From: Octopus vulgaris
Lineage: Eukaryota
Direction: 5' to 3'
Length of the DNA stretch: 64,000 bases
Assembly: GCA_951406725.2 (NCBI GenBank)
Contig: OX597826.1
Location: 67,332,001-67,396,000, forward strand
Under the pieces are notes generated by a model. It saw only the letters and a program-made list of their open reading frames with translations. It searched no databases and was not told where the DNA came from. Below, one piece after another: positions 30,661-44,435 of this stretch. The position numbers and the translations under genes were made by a program. Position 1 is the first letter of the stretch. Every line of letters begins with the position of its first letter.

Positions 30661-31778
30661 AGTAAAACATTTGCGAAATTTTTCACATTTCAATACGTAC
30701 AATGCAGTATGCCTAAATATATTGTTTAAAGAAAGTTACTGATGTAGTAAAATCGATTACACATAAAGAAAATTAGAAATAGAAAAATCTTTTTGGAATA
30801 TGAACATTTTCATCCGGATATAGTGGATACATTGAATGGAGAAGAAATATATTGTAGCCAAGAGAAATGCAAAATTTTCTTAAGAAAAAAGTTAACTTAT
30901 AAAATTTTAACTTATTTTTTATAAAACATTGCAAATTGTTGTTGTAAAATGTTACATATCTCAGAAGAGCAAATGTAACTGTTCTTGTGCCAATTAAAAT
31001 AAGAATGTGACACATATTCTATGGTTGACCAGACATTGTTTTAATAGTAAAAATGATTGTCACTTATCTTCCAGATATGTTTAAACAATGGAGTATTGAA
31101 ACATGCTTCCGAATGTCTGAACGTGTAAATATTTTCCGCAAATCAATTTACAAAATATTCGTTGTGCTGTCATGTGCAATAGGGAACTTCAGTCGATACG
31201 CAAATGGTTTAGAAATCTTGATATCGTTGAGAGAGTATCTACGAATATTTCAGTTACATAAATAAACTGAATTTTGAATATTCATCTTTGCAAATTTCCT
31301 TCAGTTTATTGAATTCCTGAAAACGTTATCTTTTTTTAGGGAAGCTAAAACTTATCGTAATATCATATGTAATAAATGTTTTAGATATTGCACCGTAATA
31401 AATGCTTATACATGTCACTTAAGACTAATCTGGATATATCAGAACGAAAATGTAATTCACAAAACACATTCTACTATGTAATATTCCATTTCCAATTTTT
31501 GTATTTATAAGTCTTGGAATTATTCTGTAATTACTGTATCAAACTTTTAAAAGCTACATATTTTAATAAACCGTTCTAATAATTTATCAATATCATTAAA
31601 ATTTTCCTTATCGACGATGTGTCAAATATAAGTATTTCAAAGTGCGTTTCACTAAGTGACGTTCAACTGCCATATCTCTTTCAATTGAATGAGAATGAAC
31701 CTCAGAAAAACGGTTAGAGTATACTTAGCGTTTAATAAATAGTGTTACAGATATGCTCACATGTGTTCATATACACCT

Positions 31779-31982
31779 ATGTATGTATGTATGTATGTAT
31801 GTATGTATGTATGTATGTATGTATGTATGTATGTATGTATGTATGTATGTATGTATGTGTTTGTATGTATGTATGTATGCATGCATGCATGCATGTATGT
31901 ATGTATGTATGCATGTATGTATGTATGTATGTATGTATGTATGTATGTATGTATGTATGTATATATGCATGCATGTATGTAT
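31779..31982. repeat. (ATGT)n microsatellite
   Basis: Direct reading. Confidence 0.95.
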
Positions 31983-32524
31983 GGTGAAGTAGTTCTGTAT
32001 TCATCGGTGGTGACCTTGTTAGTTTCATCTGTAGTGGGGTTAGTTTCAGCCATAATCGTGTTAGCGAGAGTCCATGTGGTGTAGATGTAAGTCTGAAAAT
32101 CTGTTCGGGATAGCTCTACGATGGCGAGTAAAAAAGCTTTTATCTCATTAATCATTGGAGAAATAAACCAGTTACCGATATCGGCTGGAGAAGTCGGCAT
32201 ATTTCTAGAGGAAGGCGTTCAAAACGGACCTCTACCTTTTAAACGGTCCTCTACAACTGCGCGTCTGAAGTTGACGGCGCTATTATGAATGTATGAATGT
32301 ATGTACATATGTATTATGTATATATGTATATGTGTAGATTTGTATGTTTTGTTTTATGTATGTCTTCTCATGCATATACTTGCATATCTAGACATGTTCA
32401 TATACATTACAATGATAAACTTCTGGAAAATTTTATAGAGTTTTACTGTTCCTCTGATGGATTGGAACTATAGTCTTCGAATCAGTTTTTCCTTTCTGGT
32501 TTCTATGTATGCATACATAGAAAC

Positions 32525-32741
32525 CAGTCCATCGCAGCTTTACTCAAGAAACAGGAAGAAAGAGTGAGAGAAATTTGGGGCCAAAGAGTACAACAGGGGT
32601 CGCCACCACCCCCTGCCGGAGCATCGTGGAGCTTTAGGTGTTTTCGCTCAATAAACACAAACAACACCCGGTCTGTGAATCGAAACTCTGATCCTCTGAC
32701 CGCGAGTCCGCTGCCCTAACCACTGGGTCATTGCGCCTCCA
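32525..32741 (-). mobile_element. tRNA-derived SINE, mosaic: C-type head with start of D-type (V-like) tail
   Basis: Head ggaggcgcaatgacccagtggttagggcagcggactcgcgg...cttcctgtttct continues into tgagtaaagctgcgatggactgg. Confidence 0.8.
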
Positions 32742-33267
32742 CACACCCCCAACCTCACACCCCATATATATATATATATATACATACATACACAAACACA
32801 TTCACTCTCTGATTCACACATACATATGTGCATGCATATGTAACTACATATTCATGCAGACACGTAAACAGACACATACTCACGTGTACGTACATATCGA
32901 TATAAATGTATTTATCCGCATAGAAGTGAGTACTCATACCCGTTTACGCCGGCATTTGTTCATGTATTTCTAACTCCGCTTAGTTTGACTTTAACATGCA
33001 GCCTTCAGAAAAGATACAATATTTAGGCATCAAAATATATTAATTCAATTATAACCACCCCTCGCACATTAATGATTTTTTGTCAATAATAATAACGATT
33101 ATGATTATTTCGCTACATTTTCCTGTAATACATTATGAATTTCCATTGTTGCGATTTATAGACTTCTTGCTTCATATTCTTATTGATTATAGATAGTTCT
33201 GCTATCAAAATGTGGCTTGAGTGAAATGTTATTTGATGCAAGAAAAATTGTTGTTGTTATTATTATT

Positions 33268-33359
<92 letters not shown>

Positions 33360-33429
33360 TATTACTATTATTACTATTATTAATATTATTATTATTATTA
33401 TTATTACTATTATTATTATTATTATTGTT

Positions 33430-33689
33430 ATGTTTTTCCTTCTTTCTTCAAATTTTCTTCCGTTTCTCGCCGAGTGTTTTCCATACTCCTAGGGCAGAGA
33501 AGCTCATTGTATGCATTCCCAGATTACACACGCAAATTCATAGATAAAATATGTATTTAAAAATTAATAAATAAATAAATTCATGGATGGATGTTGCTTT
33601 CACAGCGATAATGCTCTTCTCAGTACATGAGCCGTTCCAGTTAATTCACAGTGATAATGCTCTTCTCAGTGTATGAGCCGTTCCAGTTA

Positions 33690-33690
<1 letters not shown>
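33430..33690 (-). mobile_element. Extremely 5'-truncated R4/Dong-like LINE (second family) with 46-bp tandem duplication
   Basis: LTGTAH(T/V)LRRALSL* is encoded twice (33599-33644 and 33645-33690), followed by a 3' UTR running into (AAT)n. Confidence 0.7.
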
Positions 33691-33771
<81 letters not shown>

Positions 33772-33774
<3 letters not shown>

Positions 33775-34759
33775 TAGTTTTAATTTTATTTTTATAGCGT
33801 GCTTTCACTTCACTACCGAGCGCAGCTCTGTGCCTTGGGTATGTGCTGTGATTTGTTGTGATGCTCTGATGGTTATTGTATGGAAAGTGTTCTGCGTAGG
33901 ATGTGTGCAGTGCCTAGTAGTGCAATTTTCTGTATGTTATATGTGTTTGTAAGTCCTGGTGTTTTTGTTATGTATTTGTCTGAATATTTTTTTATCATGC
34001 CTAATGCACCTACTATGATAGGAATTGTTTCTGTTTTCAGATTCCACATTCTAGTTACCTCTATTTCCAGGTCTTTGTATTTTGAGAGTTTCTCCATTTC
34101 TTTTAGAGACACGTTGTCATCTGCCGGTACTGATACATCAATTAGAAAGCATTTTTTTCTTCATGGTCTCTGACAACTATATCTGGTCTGTTGGCCTTAA
34201 TTTCTCTATCTGTGTGTATCGGCATATCCCAGAGTATGGTTGCTTTCTCGTTTTCTGTGACCTTTTCTGGTGTGTGCCTATACCATCTTTTTCCTGTTGT
34301 TATTCCATAATGTTGGCATAACTTCCAATGTATGTAAGTTCCAACTCTGTCATGTCTGTGAATATATTCTTTCTTAGCCAGGACTGGGCAGCTAGAGATA
34401 ATATGATTTATTGTTTCTTGTCCATCTCCACATATTCTGCAGTTACTTGTAATATTTCTTTTCATTACATGTTTTTGGTAATTTCTGGTGGGGAGGCTTT
34501 GGTCTTGTGCTGCAATTAAAAATCCCTCTGTTTCTGCTTTGAGTCCTGAGCTTCTCAACCATTGCTGGGATTTTTCTTTGTCTATTTCTTTTGCGTTTAG
34601 TTTAGTCCAGTATTTACCATGAAGGGGCTTTTCTTGCCATCGTTTTATCATGGTTCGTTGCTGTTCTATTTTTAGTTTGGATTTCATTTGTTTTATAGCT
34701 TTTGTTGTTTCTTCATCTTCTTCTTCTTCTTCATGTTTATTAGGTGGTATGATTTCTTG

Positions 34760-34761
<2 letters not shown>
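33772..34761 (-). mobile_element. 5'-truncated R4/Dong-like RLE LINE inside a (TAA)n tract
   Basis: CCHC knuckle CRICGDGQETINHIISSC, RHD motif, RPDIVV..LIDVSVP..KLSKYKDL..PIIVGALG restriction-like endonuclease (one frameshift); ATT repeats on both sides. Confidence 0.92.
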
Positions 34762-34833
<72 letters not shown>

Positions 34834-35078
34834 CTTCATCATCAACATTTATACCAACTTTAATGGATAACTTGGCTGTGTCTTAACTCAAATGAATGCA
34901 GATTATCCAGCTTGTGAAAATTATAAAATATAATGAAGTATCATTATGGTGACTGCATAATAAGTGCATAAACTGCATGCGAAAGTACCAGGTAGAGTTT
35001 ACGTCACATGCTCAAATCCATGGGCCTATAATGTAAGTTCTGAAGATATGTTTAGAGTTGGTACATCGAAAGCCGTCG

Positions 35079-35110
<32 letters not shown>

Positions 35111-35507
35111 CAGCAAAACAATTTAGATTCAAATGAATATGGTACTTAACTTAGATGTACCAGAATTTTTATGGTATTACCCATAAAATTATGTGGGGTG
35201 ATTATAACCAAAAAATAAGCAACAAGAATAGATCCGGTAATTTAGTACAATTGATTCATACTCTAACAATTTATTAAAGCTGCAAATATTACAGCAAATA
35301 TAATATGTCAAGTAATCTTCAGCTAACTTCATATAGGTTTTCCAATAATGTAAAGCTCTCAAATCATTATTCGAAAATTTATATGAAATTAACTGAAGAT
35401 TACTTGACATATTAAATTTGCTGTAATATTTGCAGCTTTAATAAATTGTTATAGTATGAAACAATTGTACTAAATTACCGGATCCATTCTTGTTGCTTAT
35501 TTTTTGG

Positions 35508-35536
<29 letters not shown>

Positions 35537-35539
<3 letters not shown>

Positions 35540-35698
35540 GAGGGCCTTCTTTCAGCTACCATCTACCGGATCCACACAGGGCTTTGGTCGGTCCGAGGTT
35601 ATAGCAGAAAACACTTGCCAAAAGTACCACGCGGTGGGACTAAACACAGAATGATGTGGTTGGGAAGCAAGTTTCTTACCACACAGCCACTCCTGCGC
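35537..35698 (-). mobile_element. SINE type A 5' half
   Basis: gcgcaggagtggctgtgtggtaag head through to the (TA)n run. Confidence 0.8.
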
Positions 35699-36261
35699 TT
35701 ATGTTGACATATGCGTATAAACATTTTACTTACAGTTATGTGCATGTCAACTGGGGTATCATGAGTATTTTATCACAACGAAAGAGCGCAGCATCCATTT
35801 CTTAATACATTTATAACATTTTTTATCAATTAAATTATTTTTCAAATATTTCTGTATTTTTTTATTAATATTTTTTCCTTTATTTAATTTACTGGAGAAT
35901 GCTTACATCTTCTAACATAATTACTATGCAATTACGGAGCCTGGTTATCAAGTTGATACGTACGTCTGCTGCTAACTAATACTAATTCAGGTTGTGTGTG
36001 TTTAAAAAAAAGTATTTCTGTTTCTTTCCATCCTCTCTCTTACTCTATCTACCGCTGGTTCTATGAAGAAAACTTCAGTGAAGACGTCATTCCTTTTTTC
36101 AGTCGCACAGAGATATTCTGAAATATTATTGATGTACACAGGTTTTAAATATTATCAAAGTTAGCCGAACCATTTGAATTTGGCGAAAGTACAGGTTTTT
36201 ATGCTTAAATCAATAATTGGGTTTATATAATTATATATATATATATGTGTGTGTGTGTGTG

Positions 36262-36301
<40 letters not shown>

Positions 36302-36821
36302 TATATATATGTAATATTTGGGACCTACGGATATATGTCGATTAGTGTGTTGAAGTGTTGATTAAAGAACTGGCACAGTTTCGGCTACCTGGTGTAATCC
36401 GCAATTAGTATTTCTGTTGGATTTACTTCAGGAATTCTGTAGTGTTAGTTGAAATAATTATTGATTAAGTAACCAGAAGATGTATTTGGTATTAGCCTTT
36501 ATTTTGTATGACGATCGTTTGGACTCATCCTGTTACTGTCCCCTATGGCTGGGACTTCGTGCAACATATTGTGTTGCCTCCATTTTGTAGTCTGGGTCAC
36601 ATCAGGTACATCCATACATAAAGTGGTGTCTCCCTAAAGATCTTGAGTTTTGGGTGGTCGTGTTGTTATTTGCCCGTCGATTTAGAGAGACAAGCATTGC
36701 CCAATTTTCATTATTAATTAGTTTCTATAACAAAAAATGGTAATCATTTATTAATATAAACATATAAATGTAGATAGGAAAGGAAAAAAGAGGCATTAAG
36801 TTACGATAAGTAATGTATATG

Positions 36822-36852
<31 letters not shown>

Positions 36853-36859
36853 ATATATT

Positions 36860-37050
36860 ATTGCTTTATTGCCCACAAGGGGCTAAACATAGAGGAGACA
36901 AACAAAGACAGACAAAGGGATTAAGTCGATTACATCGACCCCAGTGCGTAACTAGTACTTAATTTATCGACCCCGAAAGTATGAAAGGCAAAGTCGACCT
37001 CGGCGGAATTTAAACTCGGAACGTAACGACAGGCGAAATACGGCTACGCA
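36860..37050 (-). mobile_element. SINE type B1, head truncated
   Basis: Matches 6321-6551. Confidence 0.88.
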
Positions 37051-37053
37051 ATA

Positions 37054-37422
37054 GGCGCAAGCGTGGCTGTGTGGTAAGACCCTTGCTTCCCAACTACATG
37101 GTTCTGGGTTCAGTCCCACTGCGTGGCTCCTTGAGCTAGTTTCTGCTACACCCTAGGGCCGACCAATGCCTTGTGAGTGAATTTGGAAGACGGAAACTGA
37201 AAGAAGCCTATCGTATATTTGTGCATCTGTGTTTGGGCCCCACCCACCACGCCATCACTTGACAACTGATGTTTATGTCTCCGAAACTTAGCAATGCGGC
37301 AATAGAGTCTGACAAAAGTACTAGGCTTAGAAAGAATAAGCACTACGGTCGATTCGTTCGACCAAAGGCGGTGCTCCTGCATGGCCGCTGTCAAATGACT
37401 TAAACAAGGAAAAGAATGAAAG
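37054..37422 (+). mobile_element. SINE type A
   Basis: Matches other A copies; abuts the B1 copy head-to-head. Confidence 0.85.
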
Positions 37423-37610
37423 AATATATATACATACATATGTATAAACACACATATATATATGTATATATGTGTGTGTGCGTGCGTGTATGTATATATA
37501 TATATATATATACGCTTGAGTATATATATATCTGTGTGTGTTTATATATATGTAAAGATATATATATATATGTTTGAGTATATATATCTGTGTGTGTTTA
37601 TATATACGTA

Positions 37611-37641
<31 letters not shown>

Positions 37642-37644
37642 GCA

Positions 37645-37683
<39 letters not shown>

Positions 37684-37732
37684 CATACATATATATGCAT
37701 GTATGTATATATATTGTTTCTTTTTCGTAAAC

Positions 37733-37784
<52 letters not shown>

Positions 37785-37803
37785 ACATATTTATATACAT
37801 ATA

Positions 37804-37835
<32 letters not shown>

Positions 37836-38152
37836 CATACACATACATACATATACATATATATATGCTCACATAGAAAGATGTCTTCGCAAAAAAAAAT
37901 GGAAGAATTAGTGTTTTGCTGTACTTGATGACGTTCCCTGTCGATATTAAAACTTCAAATAAAGTCTTGGGTAGACTTGAGTTTTTCTCTTCTCTCTTCT
38001 CTTTGAATTTTTTTCCCCCTTCTTCTTCTTATCTATGAAGGCTCTCAGAAACTTTCTTTTTTCAACCTTGAATAATTCTATGTATAGAGAGATTCTAAGA
38101 AGTAAATAGCTGTATTTTTGGTAACTGGCCGTAACATTTGAAATACCATCGA

Positions 38153-38153
38153 A

Positions 38154-38209
<56 letters not shown>

Positions 38210-38238
38210 GACTCCTCCTCCTCCTCCTCCTCCTCCTC

Positions 38239-38293
<55 letters not shown>

Positions 38294-38322
38294 CAGTACT
38301 ACTACTACTGCTGCTGCTGCTG
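38153..38322. repeat. (CTA)n/(CTC)n/(CTG)n compound trinucleotide repeat
   Basis: Direct reading. Confidence 0.95.
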
Positions 38323-38690
38323 CAATGATAATAATTCAAAGACGAGAAATTCATCTATACATATAAAAAATCATTAAACGTCTGATAGCTTTTGGAATTT
38401 TTCGTAAAAAAAAATTGTTATTGAAGAATGTATCCTACTGACTTGTATTTATGTGAAGAACCAAAGAAGTGTAACACACAGGCGCACATACGGACGCATA
38501 AGAAAAAAACCTTATACACACGTACAAATACACAACTATATATCTAGATAGACAGATATTTGTGTATTGTTAGCTGTATATGAGTGTTTGCCTGTGCATA
38601 AGTAAATTAAGGTGTATAATATTAATTTCTAACCGTGTTCATATGTGTATATGTATGTATGTATGTATGTATGCAAGTATCTCTTTTGGC

Positions 38691-38777
<87 letters not shown>

Positions 38778-39170
38778 CAGGCAAATAGACAGAGATGGAA
38801 AGATACATATTTGATATACATACAAATATATAGATAGCTATAGCTAAATCGATATTTATATATACATATATTTGTGGGCTTCACTCTTTCTGTCTGTCTC
38901 GCTGTATATATATATATATATGTATATGTATGTATGTATGTAGGGTGTGTGTGTGTGTGTGGGTGTGGGAATATATATGTACCACCCGAGTGTTCATTAG
39001 ATAAATATAATCTTCTAACTAAGCAATGGAACTCAATATTATTTAAGCAGCGTAAATAATATTTATTCATCACGTCTTTGAGCTGACAATTATACAGACA
39101 GCTTCGTTCCCCGATGGAAATATTCACAACAAATTCCATTTTGCAGCCAGCTTTCCTTCGGGAGTTCGCT

Positions 39171-39229
<59 letters not shown>

Positions 39230-39232
39230 TCT

Positions 39233-39264
<32 letters not shown>

Positions 39265-39744
39265 CACATACACACACACATACACACACACATACACACA
39301 TACACACACACACACACATAATGCAGTATTCGCGTGTCTGTAGGATCATCAACGAAGTACTAATTCCAGCAAGATAAGTGTTATTTAATAAATACAATAT
39401 TTTTATGTGTCTTACTCGAAGTTTCACCCTTGCATATTGCAGTAATTCAACAGTGGTTACGTAGCGTCACGTGTACAATTGCCTGATCCTGCACGGTATA
39501 TTATGCAAACTTGTCTGATTACTGTACTTTCTGATCATGAAACTTGAAGTAGCTCACGTCTAGTTATTAAACTAGTAATTAAATGACTCTCAAACACACA
39601 CACACAATTACGCACACACGTTCAGACACATACACGCACACACTTACGCACACATATATATGTGTATCGATGTACGCTTGCAAATATAGATTTAAGTTAT
39701 TAGGCTTTCACGCGAAGTTTGTTATATTTAAGGAACTTATAAAA

Positions 39745-40255
39745 TGGGGCTGCGAACGATTCTCCTTTACGGCAGCGAGTCATAGCCGATAAGGGTGGAA
39801 GATATTAAGCAACTAGAATCCTTCGATCACCTCTGTCTACGCCGCATCCTTCGAGTCCGATGGCATCACTTTGTCTCCAGCAATTCGGTGCGACACCAGT
39901 GCTAAATCACATTCCTCTGACAAGTCATCCTAACGAGACGTCAGCGCTGGCTGGGTCGTGCCCTCCGTCGTCAACCCGGAGAATTCATCTACGAAACAAT
40001 TGCCCCAGCTCCGCTTCAGGGTTGGCGAAAGCGATTTGGTGGACAACGAAAAACCTGGCTGATGACAGTCAAGGCTGATCTAGAACCCAACCTAGGCCCC
40101 CATATCTACGGCGTTCGCCGCTGGAATAAGTGATTGAAGATCGCACGGCGATTAGCCTCAAATCGCCAGGTCTGACGGCGTTTGTGAGAGATGCAATATT
40201 GAGGAAAAATGAAGCCAGCTCAACCCACCCCGTGTGAATGCTGTCTCAAGTCAAG
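39745..40255 (+). mobile_element. RTE-clade LINE 3' end
   Basis: LRTILLYGSES*P..FDHLCLRRILRVRW..RRQRWLGRALRR..GWRKRFGGQRKTW; short (caagt)-like tail. Confidence 0.88.
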
Positions 40256-40276
40256 AAGAGAGTATATAGTTATTAA

Positions 40277-40809
40277 CCCATTTAGTGCCAAATAGTTTTA
40301 TTCATATTTTGGGGGTTTGTCAGGTGTCTTAGGAGTTAAAATAATATATAGTATTTAGATTTTCTTCATATGTGAATTATTTTAGAAATTATGATAAATT
40401 TTTCGAAAAGTTCCAAATGGGGATCCCTGAAAAAGAAAACGAAAAAAAAAAAACATGCTTATCCTTTTCTATTCAATTGCAATAATAAACATTTTTTTAA
40501 AAATGAAATTATAGTATCAAATACGAATGCGTATGAAACTGTTAATATTTTTGTAGTTCAAAAATTGCGATTTATGACATAAAATGTCCTCCTAGAATTA
40601 GTTAGAGCTAATAATGACAAACTTTAATTACTAAATATTGTTAAATACGTCCCTGCAAATGAATATACTTAAATATTGTTAAATACACCTCTGCAAATAT
40701 AACTCTGCAAATGCAATGTACAGAAGCAATTCACTTTAAATACAAGGAGCAGTCATCAGTGAGACTATTTTTAGCAGATCCCCAAATGGGGTTCATAGCA
40801 GTCAGTGGG
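40277..40809. mobile_element. Possible piggyBac-like MITE
   Basis: TTAA|CCCATTTAGTGC left end and GCAGTCAGTGGG|TTAT right end (imperfect TIRs, near-TTAA target). Confidence 0.45.
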
Positions 40810-42104
40810 TTATGACGCAGGAATTCTGAATGTTGTTGACCATTTGAGAACCAGTAGAAATCGAAATTAAGACAAATTGCTGAACATGAATTAAAAATCA
40901 TGTTAATTATCATATAAGGAATAAATTGAAGTTAGAAAGATGCATAGAATAACATTCATAATTAAGAAAGGTGAGATGTGTAAATGAACAATTTTGTAGG
41001 TAATAAACAGCTAATGTGCAGATGTTAGACATTAGGGAGATAATTTTGAAGGCTATAATCACATACAGTAAAATGTGACACATATATTTAGTAAGTAATT
41101 AAGAAATATTAATTACATATACAAAAATATAATTAAGAAATTGTAACGATTTAAGGAATAATAAAATTAAACGATTAAAATTAACGATTGCGTGTGTTTG
41201 TGTACGCGTGTACTTCGTTTTTGTAAACTGTGAAATAGATTTTGAATAAGTATGGTTTGACGGAGCACTGCATCGAGAAATTGCAAGATATTTTATTTAA
41301 AGTCGATAACTCCGATTGTATAAATCAAAATAATATAGACATACGTATTCGTAGTTGGTTATGTTAAAGATAAAAATTAATTAGCAAATAATCTGTGATT
41401 AGTAAAAGCGAAGATAGTCGATTCTAGTAAGGCAGAGGCAAAGATGTAATTGGATTAAGAAATAACTTTACTATTTAGATTTTTTTAAGCAATTAGGAAA
41501 TTTTAATTAAGTTAAATAAGGGTGATTATATACTCAATGTTAACGTTATTATGCGCTGCATTTAAAGTTGGTGGTTACAATTAAATATAGATTAAATTAA
41601 TAAACCATAAATCAGTGGAATGAATTAGAGGTATATACTTCATGAAGATACTATAAAAGGATTGTATAACTTTACAATGAAATAATTAGTACCGAACGAA
41701 TTTAATTGTGTGATGGCCCGCATTAGCGGATTTAAATGTAAGATGTAAATAGAATAATGAAATAGCTACGGAAGTGGAGGGGCAGAAGAAAAAAGTGAAG
41801 CAAAGAAATTAGGTTAAAAGATGAAATAAGCTAAGCGTGTGTTAAACAATGTTCAAGGATTTCAATCAAGAAAAAAAACGGTGTAGGTAGAGGGGTGGTA
41901 AAGCTATTTTTTGAGGATAAATCTGAAGCTGATTAATGAAATTATGGGGAGGCGGGGTTGGGAATAACAGTGAATAAAATTAAAAGGGACAGGATAGGTG
42001 AATGAATAAAGAAAACAAAACGGTTGTGGGGGCAGAGTCAGGAGTTCAGGTATTAACAAGAAAAAAAAATTAAGAAAATAATGAAATTGTATTTAATAAG
42101 CGTG

Positions 42105-42500
42105 TTTTACTTGTCTCACGCATTGGATTATGGCCATACTGGAGTACCAAGTTGAAAGGTTTTCTCGAACAAGTTGACTCCATTTTATACTTTTTTTTGT
42201 TCTAAAGTCTGGCATTTACTCTATTGTTCTCCTCTGTCGAACCACTCTCTTGTGTGGGCGTGAACAAACCAATATATGTTTTCCAGCAGTTGAGGGGCAA
42301 AAACACACGCAGATACACGCACACAAACACACACAGACACACACACGTATATTACTGACTGTTTCCGTCTACCGAATTCCCTCACAAGGCATTGGTCAGC
42401 TCGGGGTAATAGTAGGAGACACTTGCAGCCGCAGCATTTGCGCAATCGCACTGAAACGGAACCTGCATGTTTGCAAAGGTAACCTCTTAACACGCATAAG
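42105..42500 (-). mobile_element. Old, diverged SINE type A
   Basis: gtttccgtctaccgaattccctcacaaggcattggtc and tggccatactggagtac segments are recognisable. Confidence 0.7.
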
Positions 42501-42724
42501 TATAAGTTAGGAGATGTCACATTTTAAGAAGTGAAAATGCAAAGTGGCCGTGGAGGGCAACCTATGGAAATAGAGTATAGCGTGTGAGCAGTTAAGGGGC
42601 CGTATATCATAAAGCGATCGGAGAACAACAAAGACGTGCTAAATATACGGAGATGAAATTTATAAGGTGAGATCAAAGGATGGTATAATGTAAGGGATTG
42701 GTTAGTGCATATTACTCCCTAAGA

Positions 42725-42942
42725 AGGCAGGACCGGTTTCACAGTTTCTCTGGCGTATATATTCCTCCCTGTACGGAACGCTAATTCGTCGAAAGGTTGC
42801 TCATTTTTATCAGCTGATTAATGTTAAATGAAGTGTTTTACTGACGAGCACAACGCATCGCCCGCTCCAGGTATCGAAACCACAATCTTTCTTACGATCA
42901 TAACTCAAACTCCCCCTATCCACTAAGCCATGCGCCTTCACA
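42725..42942 (-). mobile_element. SINE type D, diverged
   Basis: tgaaggcgcatggcttagtgg...gtggtttcgatacctggagcgggcgatgcgttgtg. Confidence 0.75.
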
Positions 42943-42967
42943 ACCTACAGGTTTACTATATCATAAA

Positions 42968-43342
42968 CTAGCAGTATAGCCCGACGTTGCTCGGGTTTGT
43001 TTCAACCTTTTAGAATTGGAATTTTGAAAAGTAAAAATTTTGCATTATGTAGCTTGAACATTTTTCAAGTTGAAATACACCGAAAAATGGCGACAGAGCA
43101 GTCAAAAAATAATTGTAAAAAATAGGGATTTTCATAGAAAAAAGCACCTTTTTGATGTAAATAATTTTTGGTGTTAACATGGTCCTTTTTGAATTTTATC
43201 TTCTAAGGAATGAAGAGCAAGCCTTCTTCTATCATACTTTCAATTTTGGTCAACTTGCGCCGCAGGGTCTCTGAGGAGATAGTGTTAGTTGAAGGCTACC
43301 AAACCTGCCACACACAGACAACGTCAGCTTTATATATATAGA
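42968..43342 (-). mobile_element. Complete non-autonomous Helitron (375 bp)
   Basis: Minus strand: A|TCTATATATA 5' end, cccgagcaacgtcggg hairpin, CTAG|T 3' end; A-T target with no TSD. Confidence 0.85.
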
Positions 43343-43667
43343 TTTGAGAGAGAAGAAAATATAACATCATCAGTAGGAGAAATTATCTGTTGAGAATGTT
43401 AGAAAGTTTTAAAAGGCCTTGTAGATGTTAGAAGGACCGTTTTCGGAACGTAGCTGAAGGTTAAGTGTAGGACAAATAATCTTCGAAATTCCGAGAAATA
43501 TCTACGTTACATAATCTAGAAATCTAGCAGCTGACTTTTCTAGTTTAGATTAAAAAGGGGGAAATTATTTTTCGATTCTCAAATATCTCAGGTCATTAGA
43601 TCTTCATTTCTTCATGTTAATACGTTGTCTGACATAATAGGCATAAGAATTGCACATAAATTTTAAA

Positions 43668-44074
43668 CAGGAGTGGCTGTATGGTAAGTAGCTTGCTAAC
43701 CAACCACATGGTTCCGGGTTCAGTCCCTCTGCGTGACATCTTGGGCAAGTGCCTTCTGCTATAGCCCCGGGGCGACCAATGCCTTGTGAGTGGATTTGGT
43801 AGACGGAAACTGAAAGAAGCCTGTCGTATATATGTTCATATATATGTATGTGTGTTTGTGTGTCTGTGTTTGTCTCCCTAGCATTGCTTGACAACCGATG
43901 CTGGTGTGTTTATGTCCCCGTTACTTAGCGGTTCGGCAAAAGAAAGACCGATAGAATAAGTACTGGGCTTACAAAGAATAAGTCCCGGGGTCGATATGCT
44001 CGACTAAAGGCGGTGCTCCAGCATGGCCGCAGTCAAATGACTGAAACAAGTAAAAGAGTAAAAAGAGTAAAGAG
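43668..44074 (+). mobile_element. SINE type A, near full length
   Basis: High similarity to 23736-24149. Confidence 0.9.
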
Positions 44075-44370
44075 TTACAAGATATTCCAGTGCGAGCTTT
44101 AGATCTTCGGTTGACTGTGTTTAAAGTGTAAAGGCAAACAGTGCGCTTAGCTAAGCCATTAATGGTCGAAGAGGTAGGTGCTGGAGATATCTTCATTCCT
44201 TCCTCATGTCCAGCCCTCTATCCCTTCGCTATCGTCCCTTCTTCCATTTCTTTCTTCCCTCACTCTTTAGTTCATTCGTTCATTCTCTTCTTCCGTCCTT
44301 TCTCCTTATTTTTTCTATTTACCAGCTTGTCTATATTCTTCCCTTCATTCTTAATTACCGTTACTCACTT

Positions 44371-44372
44371 TC

Positions 44373-44435
<63 letters not shown>

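Larger units (their letters stand above)
42540..43600 (+). mobile_element. Very decayed CR1-like LINE 3' region carrying nested SINE D and Helitron
   Basis: Fragments EQQRRAK (about 42620) and C*KVLKGLVDV (about 43400) resemble CR1 VQRRATK and YKxLKGxxxV. Confidence 0.35.
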
